Source of the DNA: Perkinsela sp. CCAP 1560/9
Lineage: Eukaryota > Protista > Euglenozoa: Kinetoplastea
Assembly: GCA_965644495.1 (NCBI GenBank)
Contig: CBFFSA010000011.1
Location: 1-64,000, forward strand
Direction: 5' to 3'
DNA: 64,000 nt
This document shows, piece after piece, positions 39,928 to 51,155 of this stretch. Under the pieces are notes generated by a model that was given only the letters and a program-made list of their open reading frames with translations, did no database searches and was not told where the DNA came from. Made by a program: the position numbers and the translations under genes. Position 1 is the first letter of the stretch, and each line of letters starts with the position of its first letter.

Positions 39928-40675
39928 CTTCGTTAAACGCGGTGGTTGTTTTCAACTTAGAAGTCGCTTCATGCTGCATTGAACGAAGTACGATGGAAGT
40001 ACGATGATGAAATTTTAACCCAAATTTGGGCCGTTTTTGATCCCTGACCAGTAGGGGTAGGAGGCGAATCTGTCGAAAGAAACGTCGCAGAATGGTAGCT
40101 GAAATCCAAAACTCTTAAAATACGTTTTAGGAGTCCATTTTGGAAAAGTAATATTTTTACTTTTTTTTAAGTAATCCCAAAACTTTTTTTTTGGGAGTTT
40201 TTTTTCGTCATCCCAAAAATTTCAGATATTTTGACCTTGTCGGACCCCTCCTGCGCGTACCAGGGGGGGTCACCCCCAGGGGCGGGGGTGGAAAATTATC
40301 GCCGCGGCCTACTCTTCCACTTCCCTGCGCTCGATTTTGAAAAGTAAAAAATTCGAAAACGAATTCGCGACGTATGCGCTCCCCCCTGGACCCCCCCCAC
40401 CTGAACCCCCCCTGGACCCCCCCCTGGACCCCCCCTGGACCCCCCCTGGACCCCCCCTGGACCCCCTCCTAGACCCCCGCCCTAGACCCCCCCTAGACCC
40501 CCCCTAGACCCCCCATTTTTTTGAATCTTTTTTTTCAGTTTTGGACCACCGGAGCCTCCTTCTATATTTTTTTCTTCTATTATATTACTGTGTTTCTCTT
40601 TATATTTTCACTGTTTTTGTTCATTTTTGTTTTCGATAATCGAGGGTAGAGCGGTAGTTATACAACCACCGCAAT
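39928..40675 (+). mobile_element. Hairpin-ended repeat element copy with expanded C-tract minisatellite
   Basis: Left motif CTTCGTTAAACGCGGTGGTTGTTTTCAACTTAGAAGTC, T(G/A)GACCCCCCC array ~40380-40514, stem-loop 40651-40672. Confidence 0.8.
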
Positions 40676-40919
40676 GTAGATGTACTATGTAAAAGTAATT
40701 CTATTTACTATGTAAATTAGAAAGAAATTGAATTTCAATTACCTCTCTTCGAGTTGAGGAAAGGAAAAATTGTAAATACCTACGGAGGGTTTACGAAACA
40801 CCAAGTAAAAGCACAGAAAAACTTAGAAATCACTCTGACTTCAAAAATTCAAAATTAACCTTCACTTTAAAACGTCTTCTTACACACTTTAATGACAACT
40901 TCTAGTATCTGTTTCTTTT

Positions 40920-41132
40920 TCATCCCTTAAAATGAACGCTGGAGGCGCGCTGTGCTTCTTCCGCTTTGGTGAAACACACATGTGTCAGCCTTTTCTTCGA
41001 TACGACTGTGACAAAATCAACAGTCCCGTACAGAGAGTAATACTTTGTTATGTCTTCTTTGGTCATTAATAAGGGAAGATTTGCAATTATGATTGATCGC
41101 TCATCACGCTCCCCACGCGCAGAGTACAACAC
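40920..41132 (-). pseudogene. Isolated RRM-domain fragment
   Basis: SIIIANLP...TKEDI..YYSLYGTV..V......HVCFTKAEEAQRA; no ATG start, antisense to cluster. Confidence 0.55.
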
Positions 41133-41228
41133 GTCAAGTGAACCAATGTACTAGTCCCACTTGCGCTTTGCATCCCTTTCCTTTGTCCGAAATACTGTCC
41201 TTGATTTAATTCACTCTCCGAAGACATA

Positions 41229-41951
41229 CTCCTCCTCTCATTAATTTTTATACTGTCCCCCCCCTTTAAGCGCACCCGGTCAGACCCCCCCGTTTAAGCG
41301 CACATAGAGTTGAAGGAAAGAGCCCGGCGCCGCGAAGCGGCGCCAATTTTTTTTTTATGTAGTGATTCAGACCCCCCCGTTTAAGCGCGCTTTTCGCGGA
41401 AAGCGAGGTGCGCTTAAACGGGGGGGGACAGTAAATATAGATTATAACAAAAATGAAAATTTATATTTATATTTATAATAATTAATGAGAGAGGGTAGGT
41501 GGAAGGAGGGTGATATACAACAGTTTAGATGATAGGATGAACCAATTTGTTTCGCTGTAAGGATAGATTGCGGGTAAGCGAGGATGATAATTATGAGATG
41601 TTAACTATAAATATTTGATTAAGCGCCCATAGAGTAATGAAGGGAGGGCTAATGTACAAAAGGCAGATCTGTACTTTCTGGAGAAAATTCTTCCTGTCCC
41701 TTCGTCTCCATAAGCGTGATTATGCGCTGATTTCTACGAATTTCTCCGTGATCAGCGATGCGCTGCGGGGAAAAATAAAAGCCAAGCCCGTTGTCCGAAG
41801 TGCGGTCCAAACGTTTCGGGGATATAGAAATAATGTACTTGAGAAAAACTTAAAAGGATATGACTCTGAACAAAATTATAAATTTTTGCAGAAATATAAA
41901 TGCTTGCAAAAAAAACCAAAGGTCATTTATAAAAATTAATGAGAGGGGGAG
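41229..41951. mobile_element. MITE with CTCC(T/C)CCTCTCATTAATTTTTATAAAT TIRs and TA flanks
   Basis: Left TIR 41229-41252 plus 41434-36 (split by nested MITE) matches reverse complement of 41925-41951 with one mismatch. Confidence 0.85.
41253..41431. mobile_element. 179-bp MITE nested in the left TIR of the above
   Basis: TA|CTGTCCCCCCCCTTTAAGCGCACC ... GGTGCGCTTAAACGGGGGGGGACAG|TA; internal repeats of the TIR motif and a GGCGCCGC-GAA-GCGGCGCC hairpin. Confidence 0.9.
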
Positions 41952-42009
41952 TAGTAAAGTATGCGAAGAATTTTGGAAATTTTTTTCGCAAAAAGTTTTG
42001 CAAAAGTTT

Positions 42010-42203
42010 CGCGTTGTATGCCCCCCCCATGGACCCCCCCATGGACCCCCCAATTTTTTTTTTTTCAGATTTGGACCACCGGGGTCCGTTTTATATTTTT
42101 TTCTTCTATTATATTACTGTGTTCCTCTTTATAAATTTTCACTGGTTTGGTTCACTTTTTTTTTCAGTAATTGAGGGTAGAGCGGTAGTTATACAACCAC
42201 CAC
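42010..42203 (+). repeat. 3' part of hairpin-ended element (degenerate stem-loop)
   Basis: Matches ~790-975. Confidence 0.75.
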
Positions 42204-42448
42204 CAGGCACACTGCGAAGGTGACAGTCTGTTCTACTAGGCAGCCGTATTCTCTCGATTTTAAAAAATTGAAATAAACTTTTTTAAAGTTTTATCGAAAA
42301 ATTATGTAAATAAATTACCATGTGTATAGTAACTTTGCTGTATAGTAACTTTATTCGCAAAAGAAATAAAGTACTTTATTAAAGTTTCCGCGAACCCTGG
42401 ATAAGATTACTGATACTTGTTTTTTGATGCTTTCTATACTTTGTATGT

Positions 42449-44497
42449 ATGATAACGTTGAAAAATAGAATTAAAGAATATGGAGTTTTATTGAGTGGGT
42501 TTTCCGAAACCTCCTATTACACGGCCGGGTGCATCCTTCATTATCGATCCCGAGGATTTCGTGTGAAGAGATGGAGTGAAATAGTCTTCACTGATATTCA
42601 GATTCGGAATCGACTCATGTTGCTCTTTCTTTTATCGGACCTTCCTCAACGGAAGTTGGATCTTGCCGATTTCGTCAAGCATCCTGAACAGGAGCACCAT
42701 CAGAATCTTCTACACAGTATTTCCCGAGGCTACGAGACTACGTTCCTTCCAATACAATTGACGAATAGGAACCTAAGTAAAATTGATAATTGGAACGAGT
42801 ATTGCTTAGGTCGCTCTTATCTAAATTTCGCTACACCGAATGAAATACAACAGCAAAATGCTTTGCAACGTAAAAAAAGTACACATTCTCAACTGCCTTT
42901 AAGTGTGAGAGTGGTTGCCCTCTTGGTTTTAACTCCCGACGCATGCCCTATCCTATCACATGTATTTCTAGGGGATGCTGATTCGCAAGTTGGTATAGAA
43001 AGTTGTTTGCCTCTAAAAGCAATTCAATACAGAACACTTATTTCTGCATTGAAGCATTTAGAAATGCAGTGGAAAGCTAATGAAATCGTCATACGAAAAA
43101 TTGCCTTGAGAAACATAGAAAATTCTGTAATTCGAATAACACATTCGAATTCTCTACAATCTGAGATACTGCAAATAGTGCATAATGTCGCGAGCACGTG
43201 TACACGTACTTTCCAAGGCCAGACCAGGTTACCCACAATGGACGAGAGGACAGACATATATTTTATGGTTCGCGCGATGTCAATGTTATCCCTTCATCGA
43301 TTACTGTATCCGAATGAAACATCGCCATCATTAACATCAGACACTCTTGAGGAAGTACTATGTGCGTGCGCTACGCATTTGTATGAGTGCGAATCGCTGG
43401 GCTTGTATGACAAATCAATGTTCAGCCTGACAATTCACATTTTTGAGGCACTTATGATTCTTCGTCGTGCAATCATTGCCTTAAGCAAAACTGATTCGCT
43501 CACAGAGCGGGAAAGTTTTTTGATAAAACGAATTAGCGAAGTAATAACAAAGAAAATAACAGATTTACAAAAAGAGTTTAATTCAGGAGATCCCACTCTG
43601 GAAGAGTGCGTTGAATACTCACAATATGTCAACATTTGCTTTTCGGAAGGTTCGCCAAAATTATCAAAAATAGCACTCATAATTTTCGATAGACTGCGCT
43701 TGACATACAAATCTGCGCAGCTTCGAGTCACAGAGAGAGAACTAAACACGGAGAAGAAAGACCCCAATAAGGACAATTTTATCGAATTCGTGAAGTTGCA
43801 TGGGCTCATACTCCACGTCTATTACCAACGAATCTTGCTGGATGCTTTCGAGGAGACCGGGTGCACCAAGTATCTGGATGAAGCCTTGACTCTAGGCAAT
43901 GTAATCGACGATGTCTTTTTCTTCACAGCAGCCTCTGTGAAAAAATTTCTTCCCAACATCCGTGCTAAGGGATACTATTGCGATCTCGCAGTCCGTGAAA
44001 GAATGTTTTTTCCCGTAGTACAGCACTGCGACGATATAAATCAGCCGTGTGCAGTTGCCGTATTACTTCAGAATTTGCACCGTTTGAATCACATGCGCCA
44101 TCCACTAAAATCTGAATACCGTGCGAAATTAAACACCTCCTTATCACATATAGTACCCATAATAAAAAAGAATCCAGAAAAATATTTGCAGCTCATTCAC
44201 TGTGCGTTGCTTTGTTCGAAGAGTCCTTTCCTTGTAATTGTTGCAAATAAAGGCAATACCCACGAAGGACTTCGGAATATTATTGATGCTATTCCCACAA
44301 ACAGATTGTCCATCATAATGCGTAATACGAATCCGTCACACCCTGATTTTCTTCACCCATTCGCAATGCATCCCGTTTTTCGAAATATCACCATGTCTTC
44401 TTCAAACTTTGTTGTGTGTATTGGCGATACCGCTGTAGCCCACTGCGATTCAATCTCTGAACTGGAGGATGCGTTGCGAAAAGAGCGCAACATGTAA
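42449..44497 (+). CDS. Divergent SPATA20/YyaL-like protein
   Basis: LLDAFEETG..KYLDEA..L...F...GYY...D...P..AV..QNL.RL resembles the family C-terminal region. Confidence 0.5.
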   Translation: MITLKNRIKEYGVLLSGFSETSYYTAGCILHYRSRGFRVKRWSEIVFTDIQIRNRLMLLFLLSDLPQRKLDLADFVKHPEQEHHQNLLHSISRGYETTFLPIQLTNRNLSKIDNWNEYCLGRSYLNFATPNEIQQQNALQRKKSTHSQLPLSVRVVALLVLTPDACPILSHVFLGDADSQVGIESCLPLKAIQYRTLISALKHLEMQWKANEIVIRKIALRNIENSVIRITHSNSLQSEILQIVHNVASTCTRTFQGQTRLPTMDERTDIYFMVRAMSMLSLHRLLYPNETSPSLTSDTLEEVLCACATHLYECESLGLYDKSMFSLTIHIFEALMILRRAIIALSKTDSLTERESFLIKRISEVITKKITDLQKEFNSGDPTLEECVEYSQYVNICFSEGSPKLSKIALIIFDRLRLTYKSAQLRVTERELNTEKKDPNKDNFIEFVKLHGLILHVYYQRILLDAFEETGCTKYLDEALTLGNVIDDVFFFTAASVKKFLPNIRAKGYYCDLAVRERMFFPVVQHCDDINQPCAVAVLLQNLHRLNHMRHPLKSEYRAKLNTSLSHIVPIIKKNPEKYLQLIHCALLCSKSPFLVIVANKGNTHEGLRNIIDAIPTNRLSIIMRNTNPSHPDFLHPFAMHPVFRNITMSSSNFVVCIGDTAVAHCDSISELEDALRKERNM

Positions 44498-44879
44498 TTT
44501 CCAATTTGACCTAACGTTTACATACCAGAAGGAGTAGCGTTATTTTTACACATGATTCTTCTCTACTAGAAAAATATCGTGAAACGGAGCTTTCCTGTGC
44601 CAACCAAAACATTCTAAACGTACTCCATTAAACGTACTCCATTCGGACGCCACATTAACTCCCTAATCCCCTCGACATTATCGTATGAGATCCACGTATT
44701 GCGGACCGGACAAGAAATTCGAGAGTTCACTTGCCATCCTCTTTCCATACGACAACTGTTTAATATGAATCTCCTTTCTACTTCTCTGTAGAAGTGGTAT
44801 GGCTAGAATTCCATTATCAAACATTTGTAATCTCAAACCTTAACTTTAGAAAGGTATACTATATCTTTAGCGGGTCTTA

Positions 44880-46385
44880 ATGGAGCCTGATGAGGCGCGT
44901 GCCATAGAGCATCTTCGTCGTCTGTTATGCAGTACCGAGCAACAGGATAATTTGATATTTTTAGACAACAGCGCTTTAGAAAATCAGAGGTTGATTGCCC
45001 AACAGTTAATTAGATACCCGTCCCTGTTAGAGTGGGAAAAAATATGTTCGCTGTACCAACTTACTCAGAATAAAGATTCATGTTCTCCAGCGCTGGAGAA
45101 AGTCGCTCCATTTGATTCAATGATACGTGAGCGGACTGCAGGAGTAGAAAAAGATTGTAACTGGAAAGTGGGAATACATCTTGTTCAAGAAGGTCGTTCG
45201 GCTGTATGCATACTCGCTGGAGGTATGGGAACACGATTAGGATCCAACATGCCTAAGGGCATGTTACCATTATCCGGACTTTTGTCACATGACTCAGTAT
45301 TCGCTTTCATAATGAAGAAAATACGCCGTGTAAAACATCTTGCCGATGCTTCGACCACTCCACTTCCCGTTCTTATAATGACAAGCGACGCGACTCACGA
45401 CCTGACAAAACATTTTTTTGAAGTTCACAACTTTTTTGACCTCAATCCGGACCATATTCATTTTGTAGAGCAGTCTATGCTACCGTGCTTCACCATTAAA
45501 AATGGCACACCTCAGTACGTATTCGATACCTCATCGATAGCCATGTCACCCTGTGGTAATGGTGATCTCTACGCCACACTGGCTCGCTCTGGAATGCTGT
45601 GCAAGCTTAAGGAGGAGTACAACACGGAGTATCTCCATATTTTAAATGTAGACAACCCACTCGCTCGGGTAGCCGATCCCTATCTCTCCGGCTACATGAA
45701 GGCAAATAACTTAGACTTCGCGGCCAAGTATGTGGGCCGTGAAGACCCCAGTGAGTCCGTGGGTGTGTTTGTAGTAAGTCGAAGGCGAGATTGTGAAAAA
45801 GGGGTTTCTGCGGCTCCCGATGAATACTCAACATGGAAATGCCATGTTGCTGAATATACGGAGCTTGATGAGGCCAGTCAACAGAAACGGAAACCCAACG
45901 GAGAGCTTTATTATTTGTGCGCGAATATTGGCATGTATTGTGTAAGCATGAAACTGGTTCTTTCCCTTTGCGGTGATTCCTTAGGACGTCCTTCTGTAAA
46001 TTTGCCCATGCATTTAGCTACGAAGAGACACCCTACTCAGCGGAGTGAAACAGGTTTTGTGAACATCGTTAAATTAGAGTCGTATGTATTTGATATCATT
46101 TCTTATGCGAAGCACGTTGGACTTCTAAACGTCGAACGCTGTGAAGAATTTAGTCCAGTGAAGTGCGCGGATTCGACTAACACGATTGAATGTAACACAC
46201 CCAGAAGGGCTGCAGAGGACATCATGTCCCTTCACGAAAGCTGGTTGAGAGCGGTCGGAGCCATTATTATACCCAATAATGATGGTATTTATCGAGTTGA
46301 AATCTCACCTTTGATAAGCTACGACGGCGAGGGGCTAGAAAAATACAAAGGCAGACAAATTAGTTCTCCTTGTTATTTGAATTAA
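44880..46385 (+). CDS. UAP: UDP-N-acetylglucosamine pyrophosphorylase
   Basis: LAGGMGTRLG...PKG, PCGNG, VDNPL, KLE.YVFD, EFSPVK. Confidence 0.92.
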   Translation: MEPDEARAIEHLRRLLCSTEQQDNLIFLDNSALENQRLIAQQLIRYPSLLEWEKICSLYQLTQNKDSCSPALEKVAPFDSMIRERTAGVEKDCNWKVGIHLVQEGRSAVCILAGGMGTRLGSNMPKGMLPLSGLLSHDSVFAFIMKKIRRVKHLADASTTPLPVLIMTSDATHDLTKHFFEVHNFFDLNPDHIHFVEQSMLPCFTIKNGTPQYVFDTSSIAMSPCGNGDLYATLARSGMLCKLKEEYNTEYLHILNVDNPLARVADPYLSGYMKANNLDFAAKYVGREDPSESVGVFVVSRRRDCEKGVSAAPDEYSTWKCHVAEYTELDEASQQKRKPNGELYYLCANIGMYCVSMKLVLSLCGDSLGRPSVNLPMHLATKRHPTQRSETGFVNIVKLESYVFDIISYAKHVGLLNVERCEEFSPVKCADSTNTIECNTPRRAAEDIMSLHESWLRAVGAIIIPNNDGIYRVEISPLISYDGEGLEKYKGRQISSPCYLN

Positions 46386-46857
46386 GAATTCCTTTATTCG
46401 CTGCTAGATGTTCGGGTACGTATCTACTTCGTTGACGGGTCAAGCAAATGGCATCCACTTCGTTGACAGTCGGATTTACTTTCAGTAATGCTCTTTTTTG
46501 GGGAAAAAGTCCCTTTTCACCCTTTTTATTCTACTGTAGCATTGAAATCACATCAACGAATCTTGAATTGTATTCCAATCTTCACTCTCCTTCAAAGTCA
46601 TGTTATATGTCTTAGTAGTCTTCATCCCTCTCTACTTCATCTTTTTCCACTTCATCTCTTACAGACATTAGCACCAACATTTAGCGCCAAGTGGCAGGAC
46701 TCGTGGTAGCCAAGTGGCATTCGTACTCCCTCCTTTGTAACAAACCTATATAAACCTATACCTTACTTATACCTTTCGTGCTATGATTCACGACTCGATG
46801 TTTTCATAGTTCGATTTGTTTTTATAGATTTGAGAAATTTTATCGTTGGAAAAGAGC

Positions 46858-49800
46858 ATGCCTTCGAAAAGGAAAGTGTCAACGCCGAAGGCGAAAAGCA
46901 TAGGTGCGAAGAAAGAAATGAGCCCCGAAAAACGATCAACGAAGGCACGAGCAAAGAAAACGACACAGCCTAACAATGATGTGGAAGCAAAAAAGGAAAC
47001 CCGAAAGCGGACAAGTCCGCAACCAGAGTCTAGTAACGTGGAACCAAGAGAAAAACCGACAAAAAAGAAAGAGCCCCATAAGAGCGGATCAAAATCACAC
47101 ACAGAGAAAGATGGGTGTTCCAACACAGACGAAGACGTACGATCTATTGTCGTGAGTGCGTTTCAAAAAGCTCAACGCACTTCGGGATCTCATAACGCTC
47201 AGCGGAAAGTGTGTATGAAACTTCGCGCCTCCCTCTCTCACTCCGGCCTACTTACGCACACCATGTCTTCCTTCCTACTTCGGCTCTACACGGAGGTCTC
47301 CTCCTTACCCACAGACGCTATGAACCGACTGATGAGTTTCCTACGTGACTACGTGCTGGAATGTCACCGTGAAGACAAAAACGACAACGAGGGGGTGGCT
47401 CTAATTGAGTTCTTCCTGCCCTATGAGAACGCGATGGAGAAACACACACGGCTACGTGTGCTTCACACGCTCCACACCCTTCTGGAGACCCTGGACTATC
47501 GCCAATCCCGTCACGCGCTCTATGACACTCTCGTTGATATCCTGAGGCGTAGGATCCATGATAAGGCCCCCGCAGTGGCTGAGCGGGCGGTAAAAACTTG
47601 TGCATGTTTTATTTCCCAGGAGGATGTGGTACAGCATCTATTGGGAGTGCTGTGCTCCCATGAGAGCTCGGCGGTACGCGCTGCAGCCGTCGCGGCGCTC
47701 ACCCAACACCCTCCGAATGACACAGCGGTGGTACCGCACGTGCTGCGCTGTGTGCGGGACGTAAGCGCTGTGGTGCGTCGTGAGGCATGGGAGGGGCTGG
47801 GGCGGCTGAAGTGGAACCGATTTGTGGCGTACTCCGGGGACCAGGTACTGTTTTATCTCCACCATGGACTGCAAGAGACCTCCACGGCGCTGCGTACTGC
47901 GGTAGCGACCACCGTGCTCTCCTCCTGGACTACTCGGGATAACCACAATGATATTGATGCTATGCTCGCCCCGATGGATCTGTCGAATTACACTCACGTG
48001 GACACGGTGGTGGGTCGGCTGCTGGCGCATGTCGCACGGATTGAGCCCAGCCGCGGACGTGTGCCTTTGCGGTTGACAAAACTCACCACACAAAACACGC
48101 TGTTGTGGCGATTGTCGGTGGATAGCTGGAATGAGGCCCCCAGGGTTAAGGAGACCGCGTCCGAGAGCACGACAAAGAGTACCGGCGAGGTGTACGACAT
48201 GAAGATTGGTGAATACATTTCTCTTTTGCATGGGATTGCGATTCAAATCCATGATCCGAGCAAGGAGTGTGTGGCGGGGGACGTTCCCATCCATATACTG
48301 GACTTTGAAAACCAAAGCCTCTCCATTGTTCGAGAGTTACTTTTAACACTTCCATTATTTGAAAGCCGTGGGCTTTTACAAACTGCTACGGATAAGGATC
48401 GCTCGAAGTTACGCACAACGTTTGCTTTACTGTTCACAGCTGCCGTGGAAGACGACGCTCGAATTCTAGTAAAGGAGTGCATGCATTCCGCTCCACTGGT
48501 GATGCAGCAGGATGACTTAGTGGCGCTGCTAACACATAGTTTAGAGCGATTGTACAGTCACCTGGGCGTCGTGTCCCGAAACCGAATCTGTCTGGACGAC
48601 GTAGAAGCCTACATTCAAGCCGAATCGAAGAGAGGTTCGGTGAAGGCGTCTCGAATTTCTCCCGAAGTTGAACGTGAAATTGAGGTCGATACCGTATACC
48701 TGCTACGAATGGCATACATTGTACATTGCTGGCTCGGTATTCATCGAAAGAAGGGGGTCTCCATTCCGAGCACATTTTTACAGATTTTGAAGCTTTGTCG
48801 AGAGAGCTCACTCTCGTCTGACGTTAAGGCACAGGCCATACGTGCGACGGCAATGGTGTGTTTTCTTCATGCCGACACCGTAAGTACCTTCTTTAATGTG
48901 ATTCATAAGAACCTTCACGATTCTCACAGCACCATATCGAGCGCTTCAGCGGAGGCTATTATCGATCTCATGTGCGAGTACGGAGTAAAAATATTTATGC
49001 CCACAACAACGAAAAGTGATAGCGCGGCTCTTGTAGCTGAAAGAGAAGCCACCTCCCAGGAACTCTACGCCAAACTCCTCAATGAGCTCTTGCAGGGCGA
49101 CAAAAACCAACTCCCCATCCACGTCGGGATCTGCAAACTCCTCTCCTGTGGCCGAATTAAAGTCGAGGACAGCACGGCAGTAATGACCCCCCTGCTCGAG
49201 CACCTTTTCCGCCAACAATTTCTCCAAGACAAAACCCACAAACACCACCCCGAGGACCTACGCTCGATCCAATGCCTGGACACGTTCTTCACCCTCTACG
49301 CCCACTCCCACCCCCGCCGCATGTACGCCGTCGCCCAATCCGCCATCGCGGTCCTCCAATCCCTCCTCCCCCACCCCGCACTCACCCGTCAAGACTTCCG
49401 CAAAATCTGGCAACGCATCCTCTACCTCACCGATGCCTGGCACCTCTCCTGTGTCCGCCAACTCGACCCCGAGGCCTCCGTGAAATACTCCCTCTCCCGC
49501 GAGGGCGAACCCCCCCACAGTGAGGACGAACTCGACAACAACAACAACAACAACAACAACAACACGCTTCCCCCCCACAGCAAAAGTAACAACACGAACC
49601 GTACCCGCGCCCACTCCCCCTACCCCTCCCCCTCCCCCTACGGCCGCTCCCTCTCCCGCGAGCTCTCCCGGTGCAGCTGCCACGAGCGCCTCACGCTCGC
49701 GATGCTCATCGAGGCCCTGTGCCTTCCCCGGCCCGTGGCCGCGGCCCGGGTCCTCCCCGGGCTCACCGCGATCCGGGTCTATAAGCGGGACCCGGTGCTG

Positions 49801-50691
49801 CTGGCGCAGCTGCGGGTGGCCGCGCTGCGGTGCGTGGGGGGGGTGGCCGCGGGGAGTGCGGAGCTGCAGCGGCCGCTGCGGGCACTGCTGCGCGCGCTGG
49901 GGAGGGTGGAGGGGGGGGAGGGGGGGGTGGAGCCGGGGAGGCCACAGGGACAGGGGGGAGGGGGGGAGGGGGTAGAGGGGACACGGGAGGGCTCGGGGGT
50001 AAGGGGGAACGGGGGTAAGGGGGTGGAGGGGTACCCTGGGGGGACACGGGAGGGGTCGGGGGTAAGGGGGGACGGGGGTAAGGGGGTAGAGGGGTACCCT
50101 GGGGGGACACGGGAGGGGTCGGGGGTAAGTCGGGGGAACGGGTGGGGGGTGGATTATGGTGTGGCTACGTATTTGTCCTCCCGTGCGGTGTCGGTGGCGA
50201 CGACACGGAATATGGAGGATACGGTAACCGCGATGGTGGAGATGAGGATGGGGAGGGGGAGGGGGGTGTTGGGGGTTTCGCGAAAGGGGGTGAAGGAGGT
50301 GGGGGGAGAGAAGGAGGACAGGGTAAAAGATGAGGATGCGGAAGAGGAAACGGTGTTGAGTGGGAAGAGACGAGGGGTGGCGGCGGGGAAGGAGGATGGA
50401 GATTCTGTGGGGACGAAGAAAGTATCGGGCAAGAAAGCGGCAAGTGTGGCGAAGTCTCCGCGTTCGTCTCGCAGTTCTATACGGGAGAGTGCAAAGTCAG
50501 CCTCTCAGCGGAGTTCCTTGCGGAAGGGATCACAGGAGATAGGTCCACGAAGAAAAGGAGAGCAAAGTTTTTCATCAGCTGCGTCTCCAATGTCTACGCA
50601 TTCCATGAGTATGAGGAGTAGTAGAAAAGGTGCGACGGCGTGCGAAGAAGTTTTCGTATCATCGCAGAGAAGTACAAGGAAAGGTAGATGA
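46858..50691 (+). CDS. Condensin HEAT subunit CAP-G/Ycg1-like
   Basis: FQKAQ..H, R.HDK.P.V..AV, S..VR.AA, RDVS..VRR, AIIDL..EYG, G.CKLL..G, QCL..FF..Y. Confidence 0.75.
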   Translation: MPSKRKVSTPKAKSIGAKKEMSPEKRSTKARAKKTTQPNNDVEAKKETRKRTSPQPESSNVEPREKPTKKKEPHKSGSKSHTEKDGCSNTDEDVRSIVVSAFQKAQRTSGSHNAQRKVCMKLRASLSHSGLLTHTMSSFLLRLYTEVSSLPTDAMNRLMSFLRDYVLECHREDKNDNEGVALIEFFLPYENAMEKHTRLRVLHTLHTLLETLDYRQSRHALYDTLVDILRRRIHDKAPAVAERAVKTCACFISQEDVVQHLLGVLCSHESSAVRAAAVAALTQHPPNDTAVVPHVLRCVRDVSAVVRREAWEGLGRLKWNRFVAYSGDQVLFYLHHGLQETSTALRTAVATTVLSSWTTRDNHNDIDAMLAPMDLSNYTHVDTVVGRLLAHVARIEPSRGRVPLRLTKLTTQNTLLWRLSVDSWNEAPRVKETASESTTKSTGEVYDMKIGEYISLLHGIAIQIHDPSKECVAGDVPIHILDFENQSLSIVRELLLTLPLFESRGLLQTATDKDRSKLRTTFALLFTAAVEDDARILVKECMHSAPLVMQQDDLVALLTHSLERLYSHLGVVSRNRICLDDVEAYIQAESKRGSVKASRISPEVEREIEVDTVYLLRMAYIVHCWLGIHRKKGVSIPSTFLQILKLCRESSLSSDVKAQAIRATAMVCFLHADTVSTFFNVIHKNLHDSHSTISSASAEAIIDLMCEYGVKIFMPTTTKSDSAALVAEREATSQELYAKLLNELLQGDKNQLPIHVGICKLLSCGRIKVEDSTAVMTPLLEHLFRQQFLQDKTHKHHPEDLRSIQCLDTFFTLYAHSHPRRMYAVAQSAIAVLQSLLPHPALTRQDFRKIWQRILYLTDAWHLSCVRQLDPEASVKYSLSREGEPPHSEDELDNNNNNNNNNTLPPHSKSNNTNRTRAHSPYPSPSPYGRSLSRELSRCSCHERLTLAMLIEALCLPRPVAAARVLPGLTAIRVYKRDPVLLAQLRVAALRCVGGVAAGSAELQRPLRALLRALGRVEGGEGGVEPGRPQGQGGGGEGVEGTREGSGVRGNGGKGVEGYPGGTREGSGVRGDGGKGVEGYPGGTREGSGVSRGNGWGVDYGVATYLSSRAVSVATTRNMEDTVTAMVEMRMGRGRGVLGVSRKGVKEVGGEKEDRVKDEDAEEETVLSGKRRGVAAGKEDGDSVGTKKVSGKKAASVAKSPRSSRSSIRESAKSASQRSSLRKGSQEIGPRRKGEQSFSSAASPMSTHSMSMRSSRKGATACEEVFVSSQRSTRKGR
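49960..50135 (+). repeat. ~60-bp G-rich in-frame repeat (GVEG(YPG)GTREGSGVRG) x3 in the CAP-G-like gene
   Basis: Directly visible; (AAC)n poly-Asn at 49537-49563 nearby. Confidence 0.85.
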
Positions 50692-51155
50692 ATTAATGTT
50701 TTTTGTTCATGTAGCATTAGCCACGTGTAGATCAATCACGTCACGGAGTGCGTATAGTGTGTTCGCCATCTTGTACATATCACTAGTTGTATAAACAAAA
50801 TTCCTGTACGTTTGTTTGTTTTTTACCATCGTACAGGAGTTCAGTACTCCTAGGGATTTATAGCTTCATAGATCAGAAGAGAAGGTAACATTTGATTGAG
50901 TCCGAATTTCGATCTCCTTATGCACCCATTTCTATGCCTTATGCACCCAATTTCTATTGAATTCTGCAGAATATGATTTGACTTTGATAGATCAAGCTTG
51001 CCGATTCATATTCTTGTCTGTTGCTTCAGAAACCAATAGTTCTGATGACAGTCTGCTACTTCTGCGAAGTATCTCGTTCTCCGGAGTGGAGAAAACTTGA
51101 GTACCTTAGTGTGATCCGGGATCGCCAGATTCCAAGCCAACGATTTCACAAACGC

